Shown here: positions 1-9,869 of the stretch, piece by piece | Position numbering within the stretch: the stretch's first letter is position 1 | Layout: each line of letters starts with the position of its first letter | Source: Longimicrobiales bacterium | Lineage (GTDB): Bacteria; Gemmatimonadota; Gemmatimonadetes; Longimicrobiales; Gaopeijiaceae | Length of the DNA stretch: 64,000 nt | Reading direction: 5' to 3' | NCBI GenBank assembly: GCA_965218295.1 | Contig: CBDCKN010000009.1 | Coordinates: 192,001-256,000, forward strand | Notes under the pieces: generated by a model | The model's input: the letters and a program-made list of their open reading frames with translations, nothing else | Databases searched by the model: none | What the model was told of the DNA's origin: nothing | Translations under genes and position numbers: made by a program

Positions 1-63
1 ACCGGATGGTGCGTCCCGTCTGGGCATAGTTGACGGAGACCGAGGGGATGCTCTTAGCGCTGG

Positions 64-222
64 TCATTCGAACAGTTCAGTATGGGTGCCGACACGGACA
101 AAGTTGATCGAACCGCCCAGGCCGAGCGAATCATCAACTTGGTAAATCAGGAGAAAGTCCCCGCCGACATGGCATTCCCGGTGATTCGCCCATGCGCCTT
201 TCAGCGCGTGATCCCTCCGTTC
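64..222 (-). pseudogene. YafQ-family type II toxin (mRNA interferase), 3' fragment
   Basis: Translation DHALKGAWANHRECHVGGDFLLIY...FVRVGTHTELFE matches the YafQ C-terminus; the 5' part is replaced by IS256 sequence. Confidence 0.8.
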
Positions 223-898
223 GGGACCAGCAGCGCCGCTTTGTCCCGCTCCAGCCCTGCCTTCACATAGATCCCGTCCGCCCACACGTAGACGACCTCA
301 CGACCCTCCAGGCGACGCTGGCTCCATTCCTCGAACTCCGCCGTCCATCCCGCCCGCAGCCGCCGAATCGAAGACTTCGACAGCGGTGCCCCCTCGCCCA
401 GCAGGCCCCGCATCGCCAACTCGAAGTCTCCCTCCGCCAGTCCGTGCAGATACAGCTCCGGAAGCAGAGCGCCCAGCTCCTTCGTCCGCCTCGCGAACAA
501 CGGCAGCACGCGGCTCTCGAACCGCTCCTCAAGGCCTCGAACTCGAGGGCGTCGGAGTGTGATCGTGCCCGAGCTCATCGCCAGCCGCCTCGGCTTGCCG
601 TATCCGTTGCGGTAGCCCTCGGTCGCGTCCACCACCCTCCTGCGCTCTGACTTCTCTCGCCCTAGCAACTCCGTGACTTCCTCCTCCAAGATCTGTTGAA
701 TGAACTCCTGCGCCTTCTCCCGAACCACTTCTTCCAGAACTTCCCACACGGGCGTCCTGGACTCACCCTCGGGTCCCACCGTATTCTTCCTCACGAGGCG
801 TCGTTCCTTTCCCCCGGGCTGTCACCCGGAGTTCGCTGGTTATTACTCAGCGGAAAGGTACGTCGCCTCTCTTTTTACACACCCTTTGATCCTAGCTC
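223..898 (-). mobile_element. IS256-family element, left end plus 3'-truncated transposase (ORF 201..794)
   Basis: YRNGYG, RRPRVR and WADGIYVK motifs; terminal GAGCTAGGATCAAAGGGTGTGTAAAAAGAGAGGCGACGTACCTTT is shared with the copy starting at 14101; truncated after AALLV. Confidence 0.9.
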
Positions 899-1061
899 CG
901 AGGGGGCGGACGCGGTCATGCAACTGGTGACGTCGACGGACATCGAGGCCGGCCAGTTCTTCAACGGCCTGCGCCCTGGGCGCGCGAACGGTCAGGCGTA
1001 CGACCGGGAAGCTCGCGCGAGGCTCAAGCGGTTGAGTGAGAGGCTGACCGGGGCGTGGTGA
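899..1061 (+). pseudogene. SDR oxidoreductase C-terminal remnant abutting the IS end
   Basis: EGADAVMQLV...GQFFNGLRPGRANGQAYDREARARLKRLSERLTG resembles SDR C-termini; no N-terminus present. Confidence 0.6.
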
Positions 1062-1163
1062 GCGCCACCGTCTCTCTTCGATAGGACAACAAGACGCACC
1101 TCGCCGTTATTGATGGTGTTGGGCATCCAATTGAGGACGGATAGCACATCGAGAAATAGGAGA

Positions 1164-2411
1164 TCAAGAAAACGAAAACGCTTGGGCCGGGGCAGGGAGA
1201 AGGCCGCGCGCAATCGTGCCAGAGCCGACGAGCAAAAGAGCGATGATCCAAAACGTGGCGTGGAAGCCCAGCCAATCTGTCAGCAGGCCCGCCACCAATC
1301 CGCCGACGACGTAGCCAAGGTCGCGCCATAACCGGTACCGGCCAACAGCGCTCGCACGGGATTCAGGGTCTACCAAGTCGCCCACCTGCGCTATGAGGGT
1401 CGGGTACACGGCAGCCGTGCCGACGCCCAGGATCACGCCCGCAGCGGCCCACTGCGCAAACCCGTGCAGACTCGCGAAGCCGACCAGGCCAAGCGCCTGA
1501 AACAGCAGCCCGCCGACGATCAGCGAGCGGCGTCCGAATCGGTCTGAGAGCGGGCCGGTGCCGAGCTGCACCACGCCCCAAACCGCGGGGTACATCGCGG
1601 TCAGCCAGCCGATTTGCCGCAAATCGAGCCCCTGTGACGCGAAGTAGATTGGTAAGAGTCCCCACGCCACACCCTCCTTGAGGTTATTGACGAGTCCCGC
1701 CTGGTTCGCCGCCCACAGGGGCAGGCGAGCCCAGCGGTTGTGGCGGAACCGCACTCGATGGGAAGGAAGATCAGTGGCGTTCGAGGACCCGGCGGCCACC
1801 AACGCGCGCTCCAGCTCTACGTGTGCCTCGGTATCCCGCGCCCCCGCCAGGGTCACCCCGAACCCGAGCACGGCGGCCCCCAACGCAATGAGATAGGGGG
1901 CGGGGCGCGGACCGTAGGCGGCCGCGAGGTACCCCGCGCCCAACGCCGCGCTCGCGACGGCCAGATATCCGGCGCATTCGTTCAACCCTATCACGAGGCC
2001 GCGGCGCCCTGGCCCCACGAGGTCCATCTTCATGATCTGTGTCACAGACCATGCGAGGCCCTGGTTGATTCCGAGGAGCAGGTTGGCGAACCCGATCCAG
2101 CTCCACGCTGGAGCCCACATGAGCAGCAGGGGGACCGGAATACCGAAACCCCACGCGACCAAGAGAATGCGTCGCCGTCCGATGCGACTGGCAAGGTCGC
2201 CGGCAATGAAATTCGCGACCGCCTTGGCGAAGCCAAACGCGACCAGAAAGCTGAGCGTGACCGTCACCGAAGCAATGCCAAACTCTGACGTGGCAAGCAG
2301 CGGAAGGACCGAGCGCTCGACTCCAAGTACCGCGCCGATGAAAACAACGATGAGCAGAAGCAGTGCGACTTGCGATCCATTTGCGCGCACCCCCAGCTGG
2401 ACACTCGCCAT
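1164..2411 (-). CDS. MFS transporter
   Basis: About 12 hydrophobic segments; GDLASRIGRR and GPLSDRFGRR motif A; AAGGAG RBS. Confidence 0.92.
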   Translation of the reverse strand: MASVQLGVRANGSQVALLLLIVVFIGAVLGVERSVLPLLATSEFGIASVTVTLSFLVAFGFAKAVANFIAGDLASRIGRRRILLVAWGFGIPVPLLLMWAPAWSWIGFANLLLGINQGLAWSVTQIMKMDLVGPGRRGLVIGLNECAGYLAVASAALGAGYLAAAYGPRPAPYLIALGAAVLGFGVTLAGARDTEAHVELERALVAAGSSNATDLPSHRVRFRHNRWARLPLWAANQAGLVNNLKEGVAWGLLPIYFASQGLDLRQIGWLTAMYPAVWGVVQLGTGPLSDRFGRRSLIVGGLLFQALGLVGFASLHGFAQWAAAGVILGVGTAAVYPTLIAQVGDLVDPESRASAVGRYRLWRDLGYVVGGLVAGLLTDWLGFHATFWIIALLLVGSGTIARGLLPAPAQAFSFS

Positions 2412-2804
2412 GCACCGTCTCCTTGTCTAGCAACTCCGAACTCACGGTCTCCGAGCACGACGTCCGGCACCCGACCTGGGAGATCCTCAACGCTGTTGGC
2501 TGCGCCTTAGCGGTCCGTTCCGGAGACGGCGAGCACCTCAGCGGTCAGCACTAGACACGGCTGCTGCTCCTGGTGGGAGGTTGGGAGGAAGATGTGGGTG
2601 GGGGGACTGGGGGAGCAAGGAGAAATGAGGTTTGTCCTGGCACTGGTCCTTCTCGGCCGAATCAGCTCCGGGCCCAGGCCCGCGACTACGATTCCGCCCG
2701 CCCGTTCGGCGCCCTCCGTGAACAGGCCCGGGTCCAGCAGTTATGGTTGGAGGAAACTACCAGAGTGGCGTGCCCGGTGCGCATGGCCCTGGAAGAGGAG
2801 GCCT

Positions 2805-3017
2805 CTAGTCGTCGTCCTCGACCCGAACCTCGTCGCACCGGCAGCGGCCGCACCAGCATCCGCAGTGGCGACAGCCGCAGCGCCAGCGACCCCGACAGGA
2901 GAAGAACCACCAGAGGGCGAGGCCGATGAGGAGCAGTTGTAGGCCCCCGCCTCTTGCCATCCCCTGCCAGAAAGCGACGACAACGTTGAAATACAGGGCT
3001 AGCGCATCGGCGATCAT
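2805..3017 (-). CDS. Small membrane protein with Cys-rich C-terminal tail
   Basis: GGAGG RBS; hydrophobic N-terminus then CRGRWRCGCRHCGCWCGRCRC and an acidic end. Confidence 0.6.
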   Translation of the reverse strand: MIADALALYFNVVVAFWQGMARGGGLQLLLIGLALWWFFSCRGRWRCGCRHCGCWCGRCRCDEVRVEDDD

Positions 3018-3204
3018 GTATCATCCTCCAGAGGCCGTTCGAACACGGTCAGCTGCACATCCTTAGACGACGGACGGGCCTGGATGGTTGCGACGGGCCC
3101 GGGGGGTTGGCGCCCGCCCTTGGCCGACCCCGCAGTTGAATCTCGGTTCATCGGGCCGGATGGGACGCTGCGACGGGAGTGAGGTTGGCGACAGTCCGAC
3201 AGCG

Positions 3205-3435
3205 TCAGGAGCCGTGGTCGCCTTCCGCCGACGGCTTCGACGACCACTTGTATGCCTTGTACGCCCCGTATCCGACAGCTCCGATCGCCAGCACCGCCGG
3301 AATCCACCCCAGAATGTTCAGGACGATGGCTCCTGCGATTACGACCGCGCCGCCCTGTAGCCAGCCCACGAGCTGACCCCTATGTCGGGCGCGGACGACA
3401 TCCTTCTCGGTATACACCCTTGCGGGCAGGCTCAT
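3205..3435 (-). CDS. Small hypothetical membrane protein
   Basis: 76 aa, two hydrophobic segments, natural-looking composition. Confidence 0.65.
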   Translation of the reverse strand: MSLPARVYTEKDVVRARHRGQLVGWLQGGAVVIAGAIVLNILGWIPAVLAIGAVGYGAYKAYKWSSKPSAEGDHGS

Positions 3436-3714
3436 CTCGACCTTCGGATCGGTTGGTACTCGCCGAATGGCGCGCCGGAACGTAGCTGCCGACCATCGTG
3501 ACGATCACGACCAGACTCGTGATACCCAGAAAGCACGAGTGGGTCCCGGCCGTCGACGTTCACCATCACACGTGGGAGGAAGCCGAAGAGATCGCTGCGA
3601 TCTCGGACAGCCTCTTGCTCCCCGCCGGGACGGGTGACTTCATCGAGAAGCACCGGGTGGACAGCGCGCCCGGAGAACCTATCGACGCATCATGACGACA
3701 AACGGTGAGGCGTA

Positions 3715-5103
3715 TCAGCGGGCCAAGGGGAACCTTGACAGACGGGCCCTGATCGCCTCCGACTTGAAGGGGCCGATCTCCGTCTCCGCGGTCAAGGCTC
3801 TAGACAAGAGCTCCCTTCCCCGGTCGGCGTGCCCCGCATCCAACGCGACGAGCCCGGAAAGATAGTCCACGTCGGGCTCTGGCCGGACCCAGGTCTGCGC
3901 GGCCTCGATCCACATCCACGCGCCCCCCATCCGGCCCATGCGGCTGAGGACCCAGCCGAGGACCGCGTATGTCTCGGACGTCTGGCGGATCGCCAGATCC
4001 CGTCTCGCGTATCGAAGGGCCTGGTCCAAAGTCTCGTCTTCTCGACCGAGGACCAAGGCCAAGGAGCGTAGGTGGAGTGTCTCCGTCGACGCATCCTTCT
4101 GCGCGGCAGCGAGAAACCGCTTTCGGTAGCTCAGAGCTCTTTCGCTCCAGCCGGCGCCCTCCGCCATCTCGATCAGGCGCACGTAGAGGTCCAGGTGTGC
4201 TCCATTCTCCAGGGCTCTGAGAAAGAGGGCCTCCGCCGCCCGTGGGTCCCGATCCGAGCCCAGCGCCACCTGGGCCAGCCCCTCGATCGCGGCGGGGTTA
4301 CCGGGCATGAGCTCCAGCGCCTCCCGATAGCGCGAGACTGCTCGATGCGGTCGTCCGCTATGATGCTCGAGGTGCCCGAGCTCGACGAGGCACCACGCCA
4401 CGATCGCGGGCGGTTGGGCATATGAGCGCGCCACCGCCAGGGCGGCCTCCATACCGTCTCGAGCGCCCGCCACGTCGCCGAGTCGATCCTGGAGCCGGAC
4501 GGCGCGCATCCGGTAGGCGAAGGAGTCACGGTTGAAAGGAAGACTGAGCAGGTCGCGGGCCCACTCGTACCGCCCCGTCGCGAGATAGGCGTCGAAGAGG
4601 CGAAGCCGCGCACCCGCGTCGTCGGGGCCACCGACCTGGACCGAGCGCTCGGCGGCCTGGACCGCACCGGAGAAGTCATGCCGGGACAGCCTCGCCGAGG
4701 CCACGGTCGCCCACAGGCTCGACGACGCCGGGTACCGATCCGTGAGTGTCTCCAGATGCTTCTCCGCACGTGCCAGATCGGCCTCCCTCGCGTAGGTCTG
4801 GAACCGGAGGAGGCTCGCGGATACGAGGCGCCGGACGGCGAGCACATCCTCTGGCCCCCGCTCCTCGAGCCTCCTCCCAAAGAAGTCCAGATCGTCGCTC
4901 ATCGTCAGCCGATCGGGTACGTCACTCGAGAGGGCTTGGGCCAGGACCTCGGGGGTCACCGACCGATCGGACTCGGCCGACGGATGTCGTGGCATGGAGG
5001 ACAGCCACACCGCCGCCCCGATCACGAGTGTGGCGCCCGTCAGCCACGCGTGACCCGCGGTCTGCCTCCCGAGCACATTGCCACCGCTCCTCGAGATTTT
5101 CAT
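3715..5103 (-). CDS. Tetratricopeptide repeat protein with N-terminal membrane anchor
   Basis: TPR-like helices (LVELGHLEHHSG...YREALELMPGNPAAIEGLAQV); last gene of the DUF4331 run. Confidence 0.8.
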   Translation of the reverse strand: MKISRSGGNVLGRQTAGHAWLTGATLVIGAAVWLSSMPRHPSAESDRSVTPEVLAQALSSDVPDRLTMSDDLDFFGRRLEERGPEDVLAVRRLVSASLLRFQTYAREADLARAEKHLETLTDRYPASSSLWATVASARLSRHDFSGAVQAAERSVQVGGPDDAGARLRLFDAYLATGRYEWARDLLSLPFNRDSFAYRMRAVRLQDRLGDVAGARDGMEAALAVARSYAQPPAIVAWCLVELGHLEHHSGRPHRAVSRYREALELMPGNPAAIEGLAQVALGSDRDPRAAEALFLRALENGAHLDLYVRLIEMAEGAGWSERALSYRKRFLAAAQKDASTETLHLRSLALVLGREDETLDQALRYARRDLAIRQTSETYAVLGWVLSRMGRMGGAWMWIEAAQTWVRPEPDVDYLSGLVALDAGHADRGRELLSRALTAETEIGPFKSEAIRARLSRFPLAR

Positions 5104-5127
5104 GAATCCAGCCCTTGGTCATTCATG

Positions 5128-5949
5128 TCAGTTGTTCGGCTCAGCCAGGTATGGGAACGAAGTGAGAAACGGCACATCGTTCTCGTCCACGTTGTCGCTT
5201 TGCAGGGCCGTGATGCCCACGACTACCTGGAGTGCCACGTCCGTACCGTCGTCGGCCGGCTTCCTCCCGGTGAGCTCCGGGAAGTTCGAAACCACCGCCC
5301 CTAGGCTGACCGGAAGCTCGTCGGGAAGGAGCAGGGCCGCCGTCGCAACCGGATCGGCGTTCGCCACTGCCCCGAGCACCGTCTCGAAGAGCCCGGTGTA
5401 GGCGGCTAGGTCACCGTCGGGACCGGCCGTGTTGTAGGCGGTCTTGCTGAACGCGGGAGGGTGGTTGAAGACGGTGTTCAAGGCCGGAATGCCCATCCGG
5501 TCGACCTGTCGGAACCGGAAGATCGAGCCCGTGCCGGTAAGGTTGATGTTCACTGTGGGCTCGTCCGGGTCGTCGCTCGTGATCAGGAGCGTCGCTCCCT
5601 TGGCACCCTCGGAAGCCGGATCGAAGAAGACGACGATGTCCTGGCTGGCACCGGCGACCAGAAGGGCGGCGCCACCGCCGCTCTCCAGTCCGAACTCGCC
5701 CGCGTCTGTACCGGTCAGCGACACGGAGTGGATCTGGAGGTCTCCGCTACCGAAGTTCGACACCGTAACCGTCTGTTGCACGCTAGCCCCGAAGTTCAGA
5801 TCGATCTCACCCAAGTCCAGCGCCGGCACGCTCACTCCGATGTCGGTGAAGGGCTCGGGACCCGACGGGTCGTCGTCGTCGCAGCCCACGGCCAGTGCGG
5901 CGATCAGCAGCCAGGCGGAGACGCGACGTACAATGGTTGGGTCGATCAT
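5128..5949 (-). CDS. Lipoprotein with ASH/choice-of-anchor-D Ig-like domain and DUF4331-like C-terminal domain
   Basis: Lipobox LAVGC; TVTVSNFGSGDL...ITSDDPDEP..LTGTG Ig domain; QVDRMGIPALNTVF, GRKPADD and FPYLAEP motifs. Confidence 0.75.
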   Translation of the reverse strand: MIDPTIVRRVSAWLLIAALAVGCDDDDPSGPEPFTDIGVSVPALDLGEIDLNFGASVQQTVTVSNFGSGDLQIHSVSLTGTDAGEFGLESGGGAALLVAGASQDIVVFFDPASEGAKGATLLITSDDPDEPTVNINLTGTGSIFRFRQVDRMGIPALNTVFNHPPAFSKTAYNTAGPDGDLAAYTGLFETVLGAVANADPVATAALLLPDELPVSLGAVVSNFPELTGRKPADDGTDVALQVVVGITALQSDNVDENDVPFLTSFPYLAEPNN

Positions 5950-6008
5950 GATCTCACCTCTCTCGTTGATTGGTCTTGTCAGTGGATTCTGGTACATGGC
6001 TCGCCCCC

Positions 6009-6677
6009 TCATTGGCGGATGCTGGTGGTTGCCCATGCGAAGAACGTGTCCGAGAGTCCGATTCCCAGTGCTCCGGCCACCATCGACTTGGGCATCTCCA
6101 CGACGATCGCCAGGACGTTCAGCCCCGCGAGGTCGTCCATGGCGGGGTCCGCGAACGAGAGCGTCTGCTCGTCGGCGCTTCCGACCAGCTCGCCCAGAAC
6201 GCCGGAGAACACAGCATTGAGAACGCTCGTGAGGCTTTTGTCGCCGAACAGATCGATGAAGAAGGGGTCGTCACGCGGCCCCGCGAGCATGTTGTCGGCG
6301 GTTCCGGTCACTGGGGCCGGGACGGGGCCTCGCACGTCGACCATCTGGCCCGTGCCCTCTCCCGAGACCAGGATCTGGATCACCGCGTCCTCGATTCCGT
6401 CGCGCTCCCGGTCGAGCTTGAACTGGTACAGACCGTTCGGGTTGAAGGCGGCGCCCGAGGTGGACTCACCCGGCGTGAGCAGTGGGCTTACGGTCATCGC
6501 GAAGACAACGTTGTCCCCTTGGTTGAAGACGTAGAGGTCGTTTACGTCGAGATTGCCCTCGGAGGTGTCGGGTGAGTCGGCGTGGTCCGCCGCCCGGATC
6601 ACCAGGTGTCCGGCGAGCAACCCTACGACCGCAAGAGCGGTCACGAGGACCCGGTGTCGATTTTCAGATTTGGTCAT
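6009..6677 (-). CDS. DUF4331-family secreted protein
   Basis: Signal peptide, then AADHADSP, DVNDLYVF, AGPRDDPFFIDL and AGLNVLAIVVE. Confidence 0.8.
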   Translation of the reverse strand: MTKSENRHRVLVTALAVVGLLAGHLVIRAADHADSPDTSEGNLDVNDLYVFNQGDNVVFAMTVSPLLTPGESTSGAAFNPNGLYQFKLDRERDGIEDAVIQILVSGEGTGQMVDVRGPVPAPVTGTADNMLAGPRDDPFFIDLFGDKSLTSVLNAVFSGVLGELVGSADEQTLSFADPAMDDLAGLNVLAIVVEMPKSMVAGALGIGLSDTFFAWATTSIRQ

Positions 6678-6735
6678 TTTGATCCAACCCTTTCCATGCG
6701 AAGAACGAAAAACGGGCGCGAGACTTCATCGTCTC

Positions 6736-6762
6736 TACGCCCGTCGCCGCGGGTCGGATTGG
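6736..6762 (-). promoter_or_regulatory. Candidate ECF (SigK-like) promoter upstream of the DUF4331 gene
   Basis: CCAATCC-N16-CGTA on the minus strand between the anti-sigma and DUF4331 genes. Confidence 0.35.
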
Positions 6763-6816
6763 TCTGGTGTGTGGAGGGAGCTCGGGGAGTCGCGGGATCG
6801 CCGCCCCGTCCTCAGA

Positions 6817-7596
6817 TCAAGGCGCTGTGGACCAGGCGCCGACCAGGAACGGTGTGGAGGTCGGCTGGGGCGATCCGCCGGCCGGCTCCTCGGTGACGGC
6901 CCCGAGCTCGAACTCGAAGCCTTCCGGCACCGGGCGTCGGAAGATCGCCGTCCCGTTGGTCCTCATCTGGAAGGTGCCGAGGCTCACCGGGTCGAGGCCG
7001 GTCACGATCCCCCAGAGCTGATAGGTGCGGCCGGGCGCGGCCGGCGGTAGGTCGAACGCCGCCACCACCACCGAGCTGATTGTGGTGTTCCAGAACAGCC
7101 GGGCCGACGGGGGTCGACCGGTGGCCGCCAGCGTCGCCGTTCGCACGTCGGGCCCGAGGAACGTCGCGAGGAGGGAATCGCGGGCTTCGAGATCGGATGC
7201 CACCCGGTCGTAGGCGACCCGCAGCGTGGCGTTCTCCGTTCGCATGCGCTGATAGGCCGTCCCGAGACCCAGACTGACGACGACTCCGGCGGCCGCGAGC
7301 AGCCAGGGGAGCGCCGTCCCCCACCCCTTCGATCCCCCCGGGCCCTGCGGCGCAGGCGATGGCGGTGACGCCGATCGGCCTCGGGCCTCGACCAGGATGC
7401 GCTCCTTCAGAGCCGCGGGCGGCTCGCGGGCGGGCGTCGCCCCGGCAAGAGCGCCCATGACTTCCCGATAGGACTCTACATCGCGCTCGAGCTCGGGATC
7501 TGAGGCGAGGCGCTGCTCGAACGAGGCCAGCTCCTCGGGATCCAACGAGCCCAGGACGTAGGCCGCGGTCATCTCCGTCCAATCCCTCGGGCTCAC
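6817..7596 (-). CDS. Anti-sigma factor, RskA family
   Basis: AAYVLGSLDPEELASFE N-terminus, one TM segment, YQLWGI and AVTEEPAGGSPQPT C-terminus. Confidence 0.9.
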   Translation of the reverse strand: MSPRDWTEMTAAYVLGSLDPEELASFEQRLASDPELERDVESYREVMGALAGATPAREPPAALKERILVEARGRSASPPSPAPQGPGGSKGWGTALPWLLAAAGVVVSLGLGTAYQRMRTENATLRVAYDRVASDLEARDSLLATFLGPDVRTATLAATGRPPSARLFWNTTISSVVVAAFDLPPAAPGRTYQLWGIVTGLDPVSLGTFQMRTNGTAIFRRPVPEGFEFELGAVTEEPAGGSPQPTSTPFLVGAWSTAP

Positions 7597-8199
7597 GATT
7601 CCACCTCCGGGGCGTGGGGGGAGAGAGCCTCACGGAGCTTCTGCATTCCAGTGCGCACACGCGTCTTCACAGTACCCAGCGGCTCCGAGAGTCGAGCCGC
7701 GATCTCGGTCTGGCTTGTAGCCGCCGAAGTAGGCGAGCAAGATGACCTCCCTCTGGGACTCCGGCAGCGCGTCGAGCGCCCGGCGCACGACGGCACCCGT
7801 TTCGCGGAGCTCGACCGCGCGATCCGGGGCCGGATCTGGAGCCGACAGGGCGACCGCCAGCCCGCTCTCGTTCCGGGCGGCAGCCCGGTCCTCCGCAGCG
7901 CCACGCCGCCGCCGGGCCCGCACCACGTCGAGCGCCCGGCTTCTGGTCACGACGGCGAGAAACGCTCCGACGGAGGCCCGACCCCGATCGTACTGGGGGG
8001 CCCCGCGCCAGATCTGCAGGAACGCGTCGGCCACGACCTCCTCCGCGTCCGCCGGCTCAGAGACTATGGATCTGGCGAGCGAGTACATCACCGCACCGTG
8101 GCGATCGTAGAGCTCGCCCAGGGCCCGATCGTCTCCCCCTCGGATCCGCTCCATCAAGTCGAGATCCGTCCGACCCGCGTTCAACGCGCTAGTCGACAT
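7593..8199 (-). CDS. ECF sigma-70 factor (SigK-like), frameshifted near 7715
   Basis: AEEVVADAFLQIW region 2; region 4 LAYFGGY continues as SQTEIAARLSEPLGTVKTRVR in another frame. Confidence 0.88.
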
Positions 8200-8472
8200 G
8201 GCTCGCTGGAAGCTGCAGGCACCATCTGCGGACCCTCCGTCCAGACACCAGGCCGTGCCGGAAGCGCGCGGCGGTCTCTCGGTAGGCCGGTCCCAGGCCG
8301 GAACGAGTGTGTGACGCTGGGTCCCGAGCTCGGCTCCCCACAATGTCTCGGCCGCCTCGGAAAATGCAAGCGCCAGGTCCATGGCCCCCTCCACGAAAAG
8401 CTCGCTGGTGCGGTGTGCCCCGCCAATGGGATACGGCCATCGACGGACATTGGATTGGGGAGGTGACCCGAG

Positions 8473-8950
8473 CAATGTTCATCGAACAATGCTTGGCACC
8501 ATCCTCGTTGCCTGTGATCAGGCAGCCGCCGACGCGACCGTAGTAGGCGTACTGCCCGTCGCTGTTGAGCTGCCCGGATGCCGCGTACAGTCGTTCAATC
8601 ACCTTGGTACAAACCGAGGTTTTCTCGCCCAGCCAGATAGACGACGTAAGGACGAGGATGTCCGACTTCATCACCTTCTCGAGAATGGCGGGCCACGCAT
8701 CGTTTTCCCAGCCATGTTCGGTCATATCCGGCCAGACGCCGTAGGCAATGTCATAATCCACCGCACGCAGCACGTCTACGGATACGCCGTTTTTCTCGAG
8801 GATTGCCTTGGAGATATCAATTAGCCCCTGCGTATGCGAGAGCTCTGGTGAGCGCTTCAGTGTACAGTTGATGAATAACGCCTTCAGATCCGAGAAATCC
8901 CATTTGCTTGTGGAGCACATTTCCAGTTGCTTGTCGTTCAACGTTGCCAT
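8473..8950 (-). pseudogene. Flavodoxin / NADPH-dependent FMN reductase family, 3'-truncated
   Basis: LFINCTLKRSPELSHT, SIWLGEKTSVC and ITGNEDGAKHC; family resemblance stops after HCSMNI. Confidence 0.75.
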
Positions 8951-9100
8951 TTCGGTTCTCCTATTGTTATCTGGGCATCCCGGCGAAGGGCTCGTCACTC
9001 ACTCTCGTTTGCCAGCTCTGCTTCCTCGAGGATCAACAGAACAACCAGGATGGAAGCTAGCCTGCGCGGTCCGAAACAACCAAGGAATGCAGACTCCGAC

Positions 9101-9763
9101 ATGACCCGCCGTACCAACCACCTGCCGGCCGACCTGTACACGTACCTGCTCGAGCACTCGGTCCGGGAGTCTGACGTGATGCGGCGGCTCAGGGAGGAGA
9201 CCGCGACGCTTGCGAACTCCAACATGCAGATCGGACCCGAGCAGGGGCAGTTCATGGCCCTGCTGGTCGAGCTCATCGGTGCCGAAAACGCTCTCGAGGT
9301 GGGCACGTTCACGGGGTACAGCGCCTTGGCGGTGGCCTCCGCGCTGCCCAGGCACGGGCGTCTCGTGACGTGTGACGTGAGTGAGGAGTGGACCTCGATC
9401 GCTCGGCGCTACTGGGATGAGGCGGGGGTCGGCCACAAGATCGACCTGCGGCTGGCTCCGGCCACCGAGACCCTGGCCGCACTCCTGGCCGAGGGCGGGG
9501 ACGGTCGCTTCGATTTCGCCTTCATCGACGCGGACAAGGAAGGGTACGACGCCTACTATGAGAGCACGCTCAGGCTCGTGCGGCCGGGTGGACTCATCGC
9601 CATCGACAACACCTTGTGGGAGGGCAAGGTGGTCGATCCTTCGGTGACGGACGCGGACACGCGGGCGATTCGCCGCTTGAACAGCAAGCTGGCCACCGAC
9701 GAGCGGATCTCGCTGAGCTTGATACCCATCGGGGACGGGTTGTCGCTTGCGAGGGTCCGCTAG
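9101..9763 (+). CDS. Class I SAM-dependent O-methyltransferase (caffeoyl-CoA OMT-like)
   Basis: LEVGTFTGYS, FDFAFIDADK and IAIDNTLW motifs. Confidence 0.93.
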   Translation: MTRRTNHLPADLYTYLLEHSVRESDVMRRLREETATLANSNMQIGPEQGQFMALLVELIGAENALEVGTFTGYSALAVASALPRHGRLVTCDVSEEWTSIARRYWDEAGVGHKIDLRLAPATETLAALLAEGGDGRFDFAFIDADKEGYDAYYESTLRLVRPGGLIAIDNTLWEGKVVDPSVTDADTRAIRRLNSKLATDERISLSLIPIGDGLSLARVR

Positions 9764-9869
9764 AACGCGACGCCATACCCGTGGCACACGATACGTATCA
9801 TCAAGTACGTAAAGTACGTATAGGCGGCGGAGCGTGTCCGTCGGGTCCGGAAGTGGGCCGAAGCCGCGC

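Noticed and set aside
3432..3695. Short ORFs on both strands
   Set aside because: No recognisable motif or convincing RBS; possibly a gene remnant, but it cannot be assigned.
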